This document shows positions 54,253-64,000 of a stretch of DNA of 64,000 nt, piece after piece. The stretch covers positions 22,073 to 86,072 of the forward strand of contig CALDUT010000013.1 of NCBI GenBank assembly GCA_937924775.1, given 5' to 3'. The first letter of the stretch is position 1. The number at the start of each line of letters is the position of its first letter. The position numbers and the translations under genes are program-made. The stretch is from an uncultured Gemmata sp. GTDB lineage: Bacteria > Planctomycetota > Planctomycetia > Gemmatales > Gemmataceae. The notes under the pieces are model-generated. The model ran no database searches. It saw only the letters and a program-made list of their open reading frames with translations, and was not told the DNA's origin.

Positions 54253-55788
54253 TCAACTGGCTGGGTCTTGGCCGTTGCGCCAGGGGCCTGCGAGCGATTG
54301 ATACGCAGGGGGCTGCACCGTACCACCATCGCCGCCGGACCACCCGTAGATCTGATGAGGTTGTGCACGATTTTTGCTCATCTTCTCCCAAGTTTGGGGC
54401 CAACTTCCATCGGCCGGGATCATCCGCCGCTTCTCGCGATCCCAGAAGAAGGCATGGCCGCTGCGGTAGCTGGCCACGGCCATTGTGGCCACGGCCACCG
54501 CGACCGCCCCGAGGTCGGGGGGGCTGAAGGTGATGGTTCGTCGCGCCCGCACGCACTCCAAGAAGTTCTCCCACAGGGCTTCGGTATCGTTACGTGGGGC
54601 TTCGACCGCTTCGAAGCCCGCTGGTTCCAGCGGCTTTTCCATCCGGGGGGGGTAACTGGCTCCGCGGGTGGGGTCGTCGGGGAACAGTTGAAAGCCGCCT
54701 TTGACGAACTTGAGAGTGCCCAGTCGGCCCCGGATCACCTCTTCCACGGGGTAACCGCTGAGCGTGGTGGCGGTGGCGATCAACTGGCAGCCTTCTTCGT
54801 AATCGGCTACGATGGTGGCCACATCGGGCACGTCGCGGCCATCGTATTCGAGGTACAACCCGCCACCCGCGGTAACGCGGGCTGGGAAACGAACGCCTAT
54901 CGCCGCCGTCATGCGCGTGATCGGGGCGATGAGCAGATCGGTGAACGGCCCACCGCTGAACGGCCACAAACAGCGCCATTGGGCGAAACTGGCCCGGTCG
55001 AAGGGTTGTTCCCGGGGTGTTGGCCCGATGGGGTGACCAGCACATTCAAACTGATGGCCGAGGAATAGGTCCCAGTCGATGGTTTGCGGGGTCATCTGTT
55101 GGGCCAGGCGGTAGAACCGCCACTGGCCACGGATGTCGTTGCGGAAAAAGCCGGTCTGGGCCTGAACAATGTGGCCGATCGCTCCGCTGCGGAGGGTGTC
55201 GTAGGCTCGTACCCACACGGCGTCGGCCATCGATTGCACTCCCACGGTCACCACCCGCCCGCTGTGCTTCCACGCATCCACCACCGCGATGGCCTCTTCA
55301 ACCGTGCGAGTCATCGGTTTTTCGACGAATACATCCTTGCCCGCTGCAAGAGCGTCGAGGGTCATTTTGGCATGCCAGTGATCCGGCGTGCTGATACACA
55401 CAACGTCGACATCGTTGCGGTCGAGTAGTACGCGGTAATCTTTCGTAACACTTTTCTTGTCGTTCCGGTTCAGACCACATTTTTGGGCGGAAGGGTAAAG
55501 CCCTTGGGCGTAGCGTCGCCGGGTGATTTTGCCGCCGAAGTGAACGTCGTAGTGGTCTTCGAGTCCGTCCCACACATCGCAGACCGCAACGGCCGCCACC
55601 GCCTGCCCGTCGCGGGCGAAGCGGGTGATCAGGTCGATATGGGCCTGCGCGCGGCCACCGCAACCGAGAAAGCCGATCCGAAGGCGTTCGTTGCTGCCGG
55701 GAACCTTCGCATAACTGGCTGCTGACAGCGACAGCGCCGCGGCCGAGCCAAAAAACTTGCGACGATCCAAAGGGGGAGGGTTTGCCAT
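54253..55788 (-). CDS. Tat-exported Gfo/Idh/MocA family oxidoreductase
   Basis: Start ATG 55788. DRRKFFG Tat motif, GFLGCGGR, STPDHWH, FVEKPMT. Confidence 0.9.
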   Translation of the reverse strand: MANPPPLDRRKFFGSAAALSLSAASYAKVPGSNERLRIGFLGCGGRAQAHIDLITRFARDGQAVAAVAVCDVWDGLEDHYDVHFGGKITRRRYAQGLYPSAQKCGLNRNDKKSVTKDYRVLLDRNDVDVVCISTPDHWHAKMTLDALAAGKDVFVEKPMTRTVEEAIAVVDAWKHSGRVVTVGVQSMADAVWVRAYDTLRSGAIGHIVQAQTGFFRNDIRGQWRFYRLAQQMTPQTIDWDLFLGHQFECAGHPIGPTPREQPFDRASFAQWRCLWPFSGGPFTDLLIAPITRMTAAIGVRFPARVTAGGGLYLEYDGRDVPDVATIVADYEEGCQLIATATTLSGYPVEEVIRGRLGTLKFVKGGFQLFPDDPTRGASYPPRMEKPLEPAGFEAVEAPRNDTEALWENFLECVRARRTITFSPPDLGAVAVAVATMAVASYRSGHAFFWDREKRRMIPADGSWPQTWEKMSKNRAQPHQIYGWSGGDGGTVQPPAYQSLAGPWRNGQDPAS

Positions 55789-55959
55789 TATGACTTCGTA
55801 ATACGGAGAACGTACGGGTTGGTTGGTTTGTGGGTCTGAATCGGAAGTGTCCTTCGCGGCTTCATTCCCATCTTTCATCATATCCGAGAACGGTTTTCGT
55901 CCGTAAGATTCATCTAGTTTGCGCGGATTTGTCCTGAACTGGGAGATGAATTTCTCACG

Positions 55960-57066
55960 ATGCAAGCGAAATTGGCCTTAGCGGATGGAACGGTCTTCAC
56001 CGGTCGCAGCTTTGGTGCCAGCGGTGAAAGCCTGGGCGAAGTCGTCTTCAATACGTCGATGATGGGTTATCAGGAAGTTCTTACCGATCCATCGTACACT
56101 GGTCAGATTGTGGCAATGACTTATCCTCTGATCGGCAACTACGGAACCACTCCCGAAGATGCCGAATCGAGCGCGGTCCGGGTGGCTGGGTTTGTCGTTC
56201 GCGAACTGACGCGTGTCCCGAGCAATTTTCGGTCTGAAAGTGATTTGGATGCCTACTTAAAGCGGCACAACATCGTGGGCATCGCCGGGATCGACACCCG
56301 GGCCCTTGTCCGCCGGCTGCGCGTTCGCGGCGCGATGAACGGCATCCTTTCGACGCGCGACCTCGACGATGCGTCGTTGGTCAAGAAAGCCCAAGCCTTC
56401 CCCGGCATGGAAGGCCGTGATCTGGTGAAGGACGTGGTGCCCGCGCAAAGCTTTCGGTGGCAGACCGGCTTCGGCCCCCTGGCCGAACACGTTCTGCTGC
56501 CTCGTCCCGCGACCAAGCGGGTGGTCGCCCTCGATTATGGCATGAAGTGGAACATTCTCCGTTGCCTGACCCAGGTCGGTTGTGATGTTACGGTGGTTCC
56601 CGGTACGGCCACCGCGGCCGAAGTTCTGGCTCATCAGCCGGATGGCATTTTCCTGTCCAATGGCCCTGGTGATCCAGCCGCGGTCGGCTATGCCATCGAG
56701 ACAGTGAAACAGCTCGTGGGTCAAAAACCGATCTTCGGGATTTGTTTGGGGCATCAACTGTTGGGTTTGGCCTTGGGGGGCAAAACGTTCAAACTCCAGT
56801 TCGGCCATCGGGGGGCCAACCACCCCGTGCGGAATGAATTGACCAAGCAAGTGGAGATTACGACGCAGAACCACGGCTTTGCGGTGGATCCCGCGACGTT
56901 GCCGGCGGATGTGATGGTTACGCACATCAACCTCAACGACTATACGCTCGAAGGTTTGCGGCACAAGCGCTTACCTGTGTTCAGTGTCCAATACCATCCA
57001 GAAGCCGCCGCCGGCCCTCACGACAGCAGCTACCTGTTCGAGGAATTCCGCCAGTTGATGGATTGA
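55960..57066 (+). CDS. carA: Carbamoyl-phosphate synthase small subunit
   Basis: [48 protein letters not shown]. Confidence 0.97.
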   Translation: MQAKLALADGTVFTGRSFGASGESLGEVVFNTSMMGYQEVLTDPSYTGQIVAMTYPLIGNYGTTPEDAESSAVRVAGFVVRELTRVPSNFRSESDLDAYLKRHNIVGIAGIDTRALVRRLRVRGAMNGILSTRDLDDASLVKKAQAFPGMEGRDLVKDVVPAQSFRWQTGFGPLAEHVLLPRPATKRVVALDYGMKWNILRCLTQVGCDVTVVPGTATAAEVLAHQPDGIFLSNGPGDPAAVGYAIETVKQLVGQKPIFGICLGHQLLGLALGGKTFKLQFGHRGANHPVRNELTKQVEITTQNHGFAVDPATLPADVMVTHINLNDYTLEGLRHKRLPVFSVQYHPEAAAGPHDSSYLFEEFRQLMD

Positions 57067-57203
57067 TGGTTGGCCCCGGGGGGGGCGATGGCCAGCGACG
57101 GCCGCCATTCACCGGTTGGAAGGACGGTGGGCCACGGACGCTCAGCACCACAGTGCCCAGGATAGCTTCCCGGCATCCTTCCGCATGGTAAGATTGCTCC
57201 ACC

Positions 57204-58829
57204 ATGAGTGATCACGAGGCACTGCTGGCTGCAATCATCGCCAATCCGGAGAATGATACCCCCCGCCTGATCTATGCCGATTGGCTGGAAGAAAACGGTC
57301 GTGCGGAAGAAGCAGAGTTCATCCGCGTCCAATGCCACTTGGCGGCGCTTCTGCCAGATGCCGCGGAGTATCCCGAGTTGGTGGAGCGGGACGAGGAATT
57401 GCGGCTGTGGCTGACCGCGCATGTGCCGGGGCCGCGCCTGGCGTTTCCGGCCGGATTGGCGATCGATGGCGGCACCCATTGGTGGCGTCACTGTCGACGG
57501 GGGTTTCCTGCGTATCTGAGTTTCGACGGAACCGAACGGCCGGGCACCCGGAGCATACGGCGATTGGCGGCCGCGTTGGAGCAAGCGTTCCAAGTTGTGC
57601 CGGTGCGCTGGTTGGTGGTCAATCATGTGACGGTTTCGCAACTGGCGGCCTTGGTGCGGCATCCGGTGATCGCCGGCGTGACGCATTTGACCGTGCAACT
57701 GGCCGATGCCACCGAAATCAGCCACGAAGCGGCTCGGGTTCTCGCCCAATGCCGGCATTTGCAACACTTGCGTTGGCTGCGTTTGGCCTTCAGTCTCTCC
57801 GAAGCCGCGTGCGCAGAACTGAGGGCGGCTCCGTGGCGGGATCTGGCAACGTTGTTGGTTGATGGCGATCAGCTCACGGCCGCGGGACTGGCGGCCTTGG
57901 CAGGGACCGAATGGTTCCACCAACTGCACGAATTGGGGTTGTTCCACAACTATAACGAGGAAACCTTCGGACAATTGGTCCAACTTCCTGCGTTTCCGCG
58001 ACTGCACACCCTCTATCTTTTCAACAGCGATGCACCGATCGGCTCCTGGGAGCTGTTTGCCAAAACCCGCAGTTTTCCGCGTCTGGCGGCTCTGCTGCTC
58101 CACGAAAGCGACCTGAGCGACGGACGCTGGGAGAACCTGGTCCGAGCCGATGGCTTCACCTTGCGGCTTCTTCAGGCGGTGGATTGTCCTCTCTCGTTGG
58201 GCGCCGGCGCGGCCCTGGCCGCGGCTCCCTGGGCTGGGACGCTACGGATCCTGAATCTCGCAGGCAGCTGGCTGAGTTCCCCCGACGTGTACGCGTTGGT
58301 GAAGTGTCGGAAATTCGGACAGCTCCGCCATCTCCTTCTCGCCGATGCCACGTTCAGTCCGCGGTCGTTGGCGGCCTTGGCGGCCAATCCGGCGCTCGGC
58401 GGTTTGCGGTTGCTGGATATTCATACTAGTCCGCATTCGCAGCAGCCGAACCGGGCCTTGACTCCTCAGGATTTTGACCAATTTTTGGCCAGTGTGAAAT
58501 GGCCCGAGTTGCGGTATTTGGATTTGTCGTGCCGGCCGGTAGGCCCGAAGGCCGTACGTCATTTGATTCATCCGAAGTTTAGCTCACTGCGGCGTTTAGG
58601 TCTTAACAACTGTCGGCTCACCGAGGCGGCGGTGAAGAAACTGCTCACCGCCCCGACCTTGAGCCAGCTGATCGAGCTGGGGCTACGGGATAATCGTCTC
58701 TCCCACAGTTTGGAACTTCTCACCGATCGTGCGGTTTTGCCGCGTTTGTCGGCCTGTTCGCTGGTGGGCAATCCGCTGCCGCGGCCGCTGGCGCGGAAGT
58801 TACGCCGGCGGCCCGGGGTATATGTTTGA
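57204..58829 (+). CDS. TIGR02996-domain protein with RNI-like leucine-rich repeats
   Basis: ALLAAIIANPENDTPRLIYADWLEENG...RAEFIRVQC N-terminus; repeated LxxLxL units. Confidence 0.9.
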   Translation: MSDHEALLAAIIANPENDTPRLIYADWLEENGRAEEAEFIRVQCHLAALLPDAAEYPELVERDEELRLWLTAHVPGPRLAFPAGLAIDGGTHWWRHCRRGFPAYLSFDGTERPGTRSIRRLAAALEQAFQVVPVRWLVVNHVTVSQLAALVRHPVIAGVTHLTVQLADATEISHEAARVLAQCRHLQHLRWLRLAFSLSEAACAELRAAPWRDLATLLVDGDQLTAAGLAALAGTEWFHQLHELGLFHNYNEETFGQLVQLPAFPRLHTLYLFNSDAPIGSWELFAKTRSFPRLAALLLHESDLSDGRWENLVRADGFTLRLLQAVDCPLSLGAGAALAAAPWAGTLRILNLAGSWLSSPDVYALVKCRKFGQLRHLLLADATFSPRSLAALAANPALGGLRLLDIHTSPHSQQPNRALTPQDFDQFLASVKWPELRYLDLSCRPVGPKAVRHLIHPKFSSLRRLGLNNCRLTEAAVKKLLTAPTLSQLIELGLRDNRLSHSLELLTDRAVLPRLSACSLVGNPLPRPLARKLRRRPGVYV

Positions 58830-58876
58830 GGTGCTTGCGGACTCTTCGAACCGTCGCGAATCGGCCAGAGTATCGC

Positions 58877-60412
58877 TCACTCGAAGCCAGGAGCGGTCAT
58901 TTTTTCCGGCCGGACAATCTGTTCGAATTTTTCCGCCGTCAGAACCCCCGAGCCGTCTTTGAGGGGGGGCGCAAGTTTGATCGCTTCGTCGCGGAGCGTG
59001 GTGCCGTTTTGATGAGCGGCTTTGGCGATTTTGGCGGCGGCATCGTACCCGATGTGCCGGTTCAGCGCGGTCACGAGCATCAGGGATTGGTTGAGGTGTT
59101 TGGCGATCACGGTCCGGTTGGCGTCGATCCCTTTGCGAATCCGGCCGCCGTCCTTGGGGCGAATCTTGCTGGCATCGACTTCCAGCCGGCCGGTTTCGGG
59201 GTTGACGATGTATTCCAGGGCTTCGTAATCGGTTTCGGGCATGTCGGCGACGCAGTGTTCGCGGAACGACCGGCAGGCATCGGTCAGCAAGCGCACCGAG
59301 TGCAGGAAGTTGTAAATCATCACCGGTTTGAAGACGTTCAACTCGAAATTCCCTTGCGAGGCCGCCAAACCGACCGCGACATCGTTGGCCATCACCTGCA
59401 CGCAGACCATCGTCAAGGCTTCTGACTGCGTGGGGTTCACCTTGCCGGGCATGATGGACGACCCAGGTTCGTTCTCCGGAATCGTCAATTCGCCCAAACC
59501 ACAACGCGGTCCCGAAGCGAGCCAGCGAATATCGTTGGCGATCTTCATTAAACCGGCGGCAAGCGTTTTGAGAGCCCCGGAGGCGAACGCCAGCGGTTCG
59601 TGACCCGCCAGGGCCTGAAACTTGTTGGGAGCGGTGATAAAGGGCAAATGCGTCAACTCGGCGATCTTCTTGGCCACCCGCACGGCGAATTCCGGGTGGG
59701 CATTGAGCCCCGTACCGACCGCGGTCCCCCCTAAGGCCAGTTCATACAGCATCGGCAAGGTATTTTTGATGGCCATCAAACCATAGTCGATCTGTGCGAC
59801 ATAGCCGCTGAATTCCTGACCCAAGGTCAGTGGCACCGCATCCATCAGGTGCGTGCGCCCGATTTTGACAATGTCCTGGAACTCGTCGGATTTTTGAGCC
59901 AAGGCATCCCGCAAGGCAGTGACGCTGGGAATCAACGCGTGAACCAGCTGCTCCGCGGCGGCGATGTGCATCGCGGTGGGAAACGTATCGTTCGACGATT
60001 GCGACATATTCACATCGTCGTTAGGGTGAATCGGCTTCTTGCTGCCCAGCAGGCCCCCGGCCATGGCGATGGCGCGGTTTGAAATCACCTCGTTGACGTT
60101 CATATTGGTTTGCGTGCCACTGCCGGTCTGCCAGACTCGCAGCGGGAAATGGTCGTCGAGGTGGCCGGAAATGACTTCCTCCGCCGCACGGGCGATCAAT
60201 TCGGCTTTTTCGGCCGAAAGCAAACCCAAGTCGTGATTGACGAGAGCCGCCGCCTTTTTGAGAAGGCCGAACGCGCGAATGACCGCGCGGGGCATAGTGT
60301 CGGCCCCGATGGCAAAGTGGGTCAGCGAGCGGGCCGTTTGCGCTCCGTAGTAGCGGTCGGCGGGGACGCGGATCGGGCCCATACTGTCGGTTTCAATCCG
60401 GTATTCATGCAT
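58877..60412 (-). CDS. fumC: Class II fumarate hydratase
   Basis: Start ATG 60412. [47 protein letters not shown]. Carries a 38-aa insertion near the C-terminus. Confidence 0.95.
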   Translation of the reverse strand: MHEYRIETDSMGPIRVPADRYYGAQTARSLTHFAIGADTMPRAVIRAFGLLKKAAALVNHDLGLLSAEKAELIARAAEEVISGHLDDHFPLRVWQTGSGTQTNMNVNEVISNRAIAMAGGLLGSKKPIHPNDDVNMSQSSNDTFPTAMHIAAAEQLVHALIPSVTALRDALAQKSDEFQDIVKIGRTHLMDAVPLTLGQEFSGYVAQIDYGLMAIKNTLPMLYELALGGTAVGTGLNAHPEFAVRVAKKIAELTHLPFITAPNKFQALAGHEPLAFASGALKTLAAGLMKIANDIRWLASGPRCGLGELTIPENEPGSSIMPGKVNPTQSEALTMVCVQVMANDVAVGLAASQGNFELNVFKPVMIYNFLHSVRLLTDACRSFREHCVADMPETDYEALEYIVNPETGRLEVDASKIRPKDGGRIRKGIDANRTVIAKHLNQSLMLVTALNRHIGYDAAAKIAKAAHQNGTTLRDEAIKLAPPLKDGSGVLTAEKFEQIVRPEKMTAPGFE

Positions 60413-60502
60413 CGGAGAGTCGCCCTGTGATGGAGGAGAACGGCCAGTGCGCGTATTGTATGACCAAAGTATGAACACGCATGTCCAGAAGGCGAGGCGG
60501 CG

Positions 60503-61378
60503 ATGCTCACAGCGAGTGAACACGGACCTGAAAACGGCTGGCGGCAGCAGCTCTGGCGGATCATTTTTCAGGCCGATACCCCCGCCGGAAAAGCCTTCGA
60601 CATCATGCTCATTGTGGCCATCATCACTAATGTCATCACGGTGATGCTCGAAAGTGTAGCCACCATCCGCGACGACTACGGGCCGGAATTGCACGCGATC
60701 GAATGGGGCTTCACAGGCTTATTCACGCTGGAGTACGTGTTGCGGCTGATCTGCGTGCGCCGGCCCCTACGCTATGCCACCAGTTTTTTCGGTATCATCG
60801 ACTTTCTGGCGATTTTGCCCACTTATCTGAGCCTGTTTTTGCCAGGAACCGAAGCGTTGATGGTGGTTCGGTTCCTGCGTGTCTTGCGAATCTTCCGTAT
60901 CTTCAAGCTGACTGAATACTTACGCGAATCACGGGTGCTGACCGATGCCTTGTGGGCGTCGCGCCGCAAAATTGGCGTCTTTCTCCTCGCCGTTCTCACC
61001 CTGCTGACGATCGTCGCCGCGTTGATGTATCTGATTGAAGGACCTGAACACGGTTATACCGACATTCCGACCAGCTTATACTGGGCCATTGTGACCCTCA
61101 CCACAGTTGGTTTTGGCGACATCGCCCCCAAAACGCCTTGGGGACGGCTATTGGCGTCCTGCGTGATGATTCTCGGCTACGGCATCATCGCCGTGCCCAC
61201 AGGCATAGTGACGGTAGAGTTGGCGCGCCGGGGGGGGTACAGCCGTTCCAGTTGGGAAACTATATGCCCCCGCTGCTTCCGTGCCGGCCACGACGCCGAC
61301 GCCCGGTATTGCAAATACTGCGGCTCGGAGCTGAAACCGGATCAACCCCACCCCGTGGCAGAGTCAACGCCTGGATAG
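60503..61378 (+). CDS. Voltage-gated-type potassium channel (Ion_trans family)
   Basis: Six TM segments, S4-like [15 protein letters not shown], selectivity filter TLTTVGFGD. Confidence 0.9.
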   Translation: MLTASEHGPENGWRQQLWRIIFQADTPAGKAFDIMLIVAIITNVITVMLESVATIRDDYGPELHAIEWGFTGLFTLEYVLRLICVRRPLRYATSFFGIIDFLAILPTYLSLFLPGTEALMVVRFLRVLRIFRIFKLTEYLRESRVLTDALWASRRKIGVFLLAVLTLLTIVAALMYLIEGPEHGYTDIPTSLYWAIVTLTTVGFGDIAPKTPWGRLLASCVMILGYGIIAVPTGIVTVELARRGGYSRSSWETICPRCFRAGHDADARYCKYCGSELKPDQPHPVAESTPG

Positions 61379-61433
61379 ATGTTCTTTTGTTACTAAGTTT
61401 ATGAACATTGTGATGATGGCCTCAGGGATTCAC

Positions 61434-63014
61434 TCACGGACAAGGTCGCCAGGGCAGCGCATCGTTCGACGCGTAGGAGTCTGACGAGCCAGCGGCGGTG
61501 TCGTCTCCTGGGGGGGCTTTGTCGCTGTGGGGGAGGGTCTGGTGGGGTTGCTGCGAGCCAAGACCGCTTCGGGTGATCAGTTCGTCCAATTCTGTGCCTT
61601 TGCGGAACAGCAATAAAATCGGCGTGGTCAGGGCCGTGGTGGCCACGGCCATGATCACCAGCATGCAGTACAAACTTCGTGGAATCACGCACAATTCGTA
61701 GCCTATATTGATCGCGACCAGGGCCATCAGGCCGCGGGCATTCATCATCGCCCCGATCAGCAGGGATTCGCGCCGGCTAAACCCGCTGATCCGGGCTGCC
61801 CAGCCACAACTGGCCAGTTTGCCCACCACGGCCACCAGTGTCAGGATGGCACACAATAGCCAAGGGGTTTCGCCACGCAGTGTGCTGATGTCGGTGCGTA
61901 AACCGGTATAAGTGAAGAAAACGGGAACGAAAAAGGAGTTGGTCACATCGGCCAGTTTGTCGACCGCGGCCTGGTGCAGTTTGGCTTGGTCGGAGAGTAC
62001 CGCGCCCAGCACAAATGCCCCGAACACTGCGAAAATCCCAATCAAGTTGGTGGCGACTGCAGCCAGAAAGATACTCACTAACAATACCGTCATCGCGGTG
62101 GGGCTCAGACGCCCCGCGTTGATCTGCAAGGAGTAACGGAAGTAGCGAACGAGGATAGGACGAACGGTTCCCAGCATGGCCACCACGAACACCGCCGACC
62201 AAAAAACCATCTGCAACGTTTCGACGATGTTGAAGTCGGAGCGAATCCAGGCCACCGCACTTGCGAGTAGAATCCAGCTGAGGGCATCACTCAAACCAGC
62301 CGCAGCCAGCGTCACAGCTCCCAGTCGCGTTCGGACGATGTTCAATTCCAACATGATGCGGCCCAGCACCGGGATGGCGGTGACGGCCAAGGTGATGCCA
62401 ATGAAAATAGCGACACTCAAAAGTGGTACGGCCTGCCCGGTGCGGCTGTGTGGCTCCAGATGTGGGTGAATCAGCGGCGCCAAGGCCGTACCCAGCAGAA
62501 ACGGTACGGCGATACCAGCCGCGGCGATGAGAACCACGGCGCGGCCCTGCTGGCGGATGTGCTGTGGTTCTAACTCCAAACCTACCAAGAACATCAGGAA
62601 GATCAGGCCGATTTGGGCAATGACCGTAAAGATTTTCGGAAGCGTTGCCGCCGTCAGGGGGGGATCTACACCCGGCAGCGAGGGTTGAAACAGGACCGTA
62701 TAAGCCTCGGGAACCACCCAGCCCAACAGCGACGGCCCCAACACCAACCCCGCGGCGATTTCGCCCACCACACTCGGTTGGCCGACAGAGCGGGCCAAAG
62801 CCCCAAAAACCCGAGCCGCCGCGATAATCACAATCAACTGCATTAGTACCGGTAACAGCAAGTCTTCCACGTCCAGCCGAGCCAGCGCCCGGGCCGCTTC
62901 CGGCACATCCGCTAACAATTCCCACACGCTACGAGTCCTCAACGACACTTCAGGAAGGCGAATCGGTTCTTCGGTGGGCCCTTGTGTCATACCGCTGCTA
63001 TGAGCAGCAGACAA
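61434..63014 (-). CDS. Cation:proton antiporter (CPA2/CHX-like)
   Basis: GQPSVVGEIAAGLVLGPS, FLVGLE, VTAIPVLGRI, FVPVFF..TGL, MNARGLMALV. Start uncertain (63014 TTG or 62990 ATG). Confidence 0.9.
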   Translation of the reverse strand: MSAAHSSGMTQGPTEEPIRLPEVSLRTRSVWELLADVPEAARALARLDVEDLLLPVLMQLIVIIAAARVFGALARSVGQPSVVGEIAAGLVLGPSLLGWVVPEAYTVLFQPSLPGVDPPLTAATLPKIFTVIAQIGLIFLMFLVGLELEPQHIRQQGRAVVLIAAAGIAVPFLLGTALAPLIHPHLEPHSRTGQAVPLLSVAIFIGITLAVTAIPVLGRIMLELNIVRTRLGAVTLAAAGLSDALSWILLASAVAWIRSDFNIVETLQMVFWSAVFVVAMLGTVRPILVRYFRYSLQINAGRLSPTAMTVLLVSIFLAAVATNLIGIFAVFGAFVLGAVLSDQAKLHQAAVDKLADVTNSFFVPVFFTYTGLRTDISTLRGETPWLLCAILTLVAVVGKLASCGWAARISGFSRRESLLIGAMMNARGLMALVAINIGYELCVIPRSLYCMLVIMAVATTALTTPILLLFRKGTELDELITRSGLGSQQPHQTLPHSDKAPPGDDTAAGSSDSYASNDALPWRPCP

Positions 63015-63026
63015 CCCAACTCCCGC

Positions 63027-63371
63027 TTAGCGTTTCTTTGCCTTCGCCACTTTTTTCAGGTCGTCCAGATTGGCCTGACAGTAGGGACAACCAATGAGGG
63101 AGAGATGAAAATGGATATACTCTAGCAATTCGGGATCGCCGGCCCCCAAGAGAAAGCCTCCGAGCTGTTCCCGGGTTGGGCAACTGACCCGTTCACGTCG
63201 CCAAATGGCCCCGACGGTGTGTTCGCCGCGGTCTTCTTGCTCAATCACTTCCTGGTACAAAGCCCGGAGTTTCGGTGACGCCCGCAACGCCTTCTCCACC
63301 TCCACCAATTCGGCATCAGGCAGAGCATCGTGAAGGTAATCGCGGAGCATTTGCCGGGTGATTTCGGCCAC
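63027..63371 (-). CDS. Small zf-HC2 anti-sigma-factor-like protein
   Basis: Start moved to GTG 63371. Two anti-sigma-like halves: LRDYLHDALP...VEKAL and CPTREQLGGFLLG...HLSLIGCPYC (H-x5-CxxC). Confidence 0.55.
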   Translation of the reverse strand: MAEITRQMLRDYLHDALPDAELVEVEKALRASPKLRALYQEVIEQEDRGEHTVGAIWRRERVSCPTREQLGGFLLGAGDPELLEYIHFHLSLIGCPYCQANLDDLKKVAKAKKR

Positions 63372-63857
63372 AGACGTACCTCGCGGAAAGCCCAAGCAGC
63401 GTCCGTATTCCACATCGTCAGTATAGCGGCTGGTCGAAATTGATTGGGGGCCAAAGGGATCTTCTGTCAAGCAGAATGTTGGACACAATGGGAAATTTTC
63501 GCTATGGTCGTTCGACCACCGGGCCGCCGGGGGGAGCCGGGCTGGGTCGGCTTCGCTGGCGGCGTCGGCCCGCCCGCACGGCGCAGACGTGGGTGGAACA
63601 CAACCGCATCGTCCGCCTTCGGAATCGCGGCCGCCCGTTGCTATGCGGGTTTCCGTATGGGATGTCTTCCCGTTTGTGACCGGAAAAGCCTGTCATCCGC
63701 GTAACGATACTCCCCGAGTAGGTCAGCTGTCCCGCTGGGAAAAAACCATGTGGGGGCCAGTTTGGGCGTCGGGGAGCTTTCCTGCCGTTGCGGTTGTGCC
63801 GGTTGTCGGGGATAATGGGGAAAGAGGGGCGAAGATACACTTGGGGGAAGCGGGATC

Positions 63858-64000
63858 ATGGCACGCCTGATCGGAGCGCTGGCGATCGTTTTGGGCTTGG
63901 CCGAACTGCAGCCGGTGGCGGCTCAGTTCGTTGTCGGCCCGGTGTGTGCTCCGGATTTCGCTGGCGGTTTCGGCTACTCGTATTCGTTTCGCTCTGGGAT
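63858..64000 (+). CDS. Exported protein, 3'-truncated by the window edge
   Basis: ATG 63858: MARLIGALAIVLGLAELQPVAA-QF signal-peptide pattern, frame open to the end of the window. Confidence 0.5.
   Translation, partial: MARLIGALAIVLGLAELQPVAAQFVVGPVCAPDFAGGFGYSYSFRSG

Noticed and set aside
59132-59245. Mini-intein in FumC
   Set aside because: No N-terminal Cys/Ser, no C-terminal His-Asn followed by Cys/Ser/Thr, and far too short.
63420-63470. Perfect TTGACA and TATACT hexamers on the minus strand upstream of the anti-sigma-like gene
   Set aside because: They are 39 bp apart, so they cannot form one sigma70 promoter.
1-64000. tRNA, rRNA, IS elements, integrases, prophage genes
   Set aside because: No cloverleaf or T-loop signatures, rRNA-like tracts, or transposase/integrase motifs seen by eye; tRNAscan-SE, Infernal and ISEScan would be needed to exclude them formally.

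Overview
GC-rich chromosomal segment with about 50 protein-coding genes. The gene families (TIGR02996 and TIGR03067 domains, BBP7-type barrel, DUF6807/PmoA family, methanopterin-linked C1 genes, CsrA-receiver fusion, large MoxR-VWA cluster) point to a Planctomycetota host, probably Gemmataceae-like; this is inference. I saw no rRNA, tRNA, CRISPR array, transposase or integrase. Most of the window is housekeeping or planctomycete-typical: hpnC, pabB, mptG, an MsbA/ArnT/GT2 block, HU/IHF, a 14-kb MoxR/DUF58/VWA/coiled-coil/alpha-alpha-toroid cluster, galE, mazG, rsgA, carA, fumC and ion transporters. The best candidate for an undescribed system is a compact ubiquitin-like conjugation locus at 9584-12575. 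It has four genes: a 60-aa ThiS-like protein ending in -VPCHY instead of -GG; a standalone UBC-fold E2 with Cys92; a ThiF/E1 enzyme with no cysteine in the usual crossover-loop position; and a translationally coupled 400-aa beta-rich protein ending in -RLKRLQG. No JAB protease or E3 is recognisable. Other points of note: a parS-like palindrome with an IHF-like site in an AT-rich gap between convergent genes (about 19950-20130), a 40-bp tandem duplication of a gene start (15430-15509), a 30-bp x4 Gly/Met/Gln repeat, and a 38-aa insertion in FumC. All family assignments come from motif recognition by eye; no database search was run.
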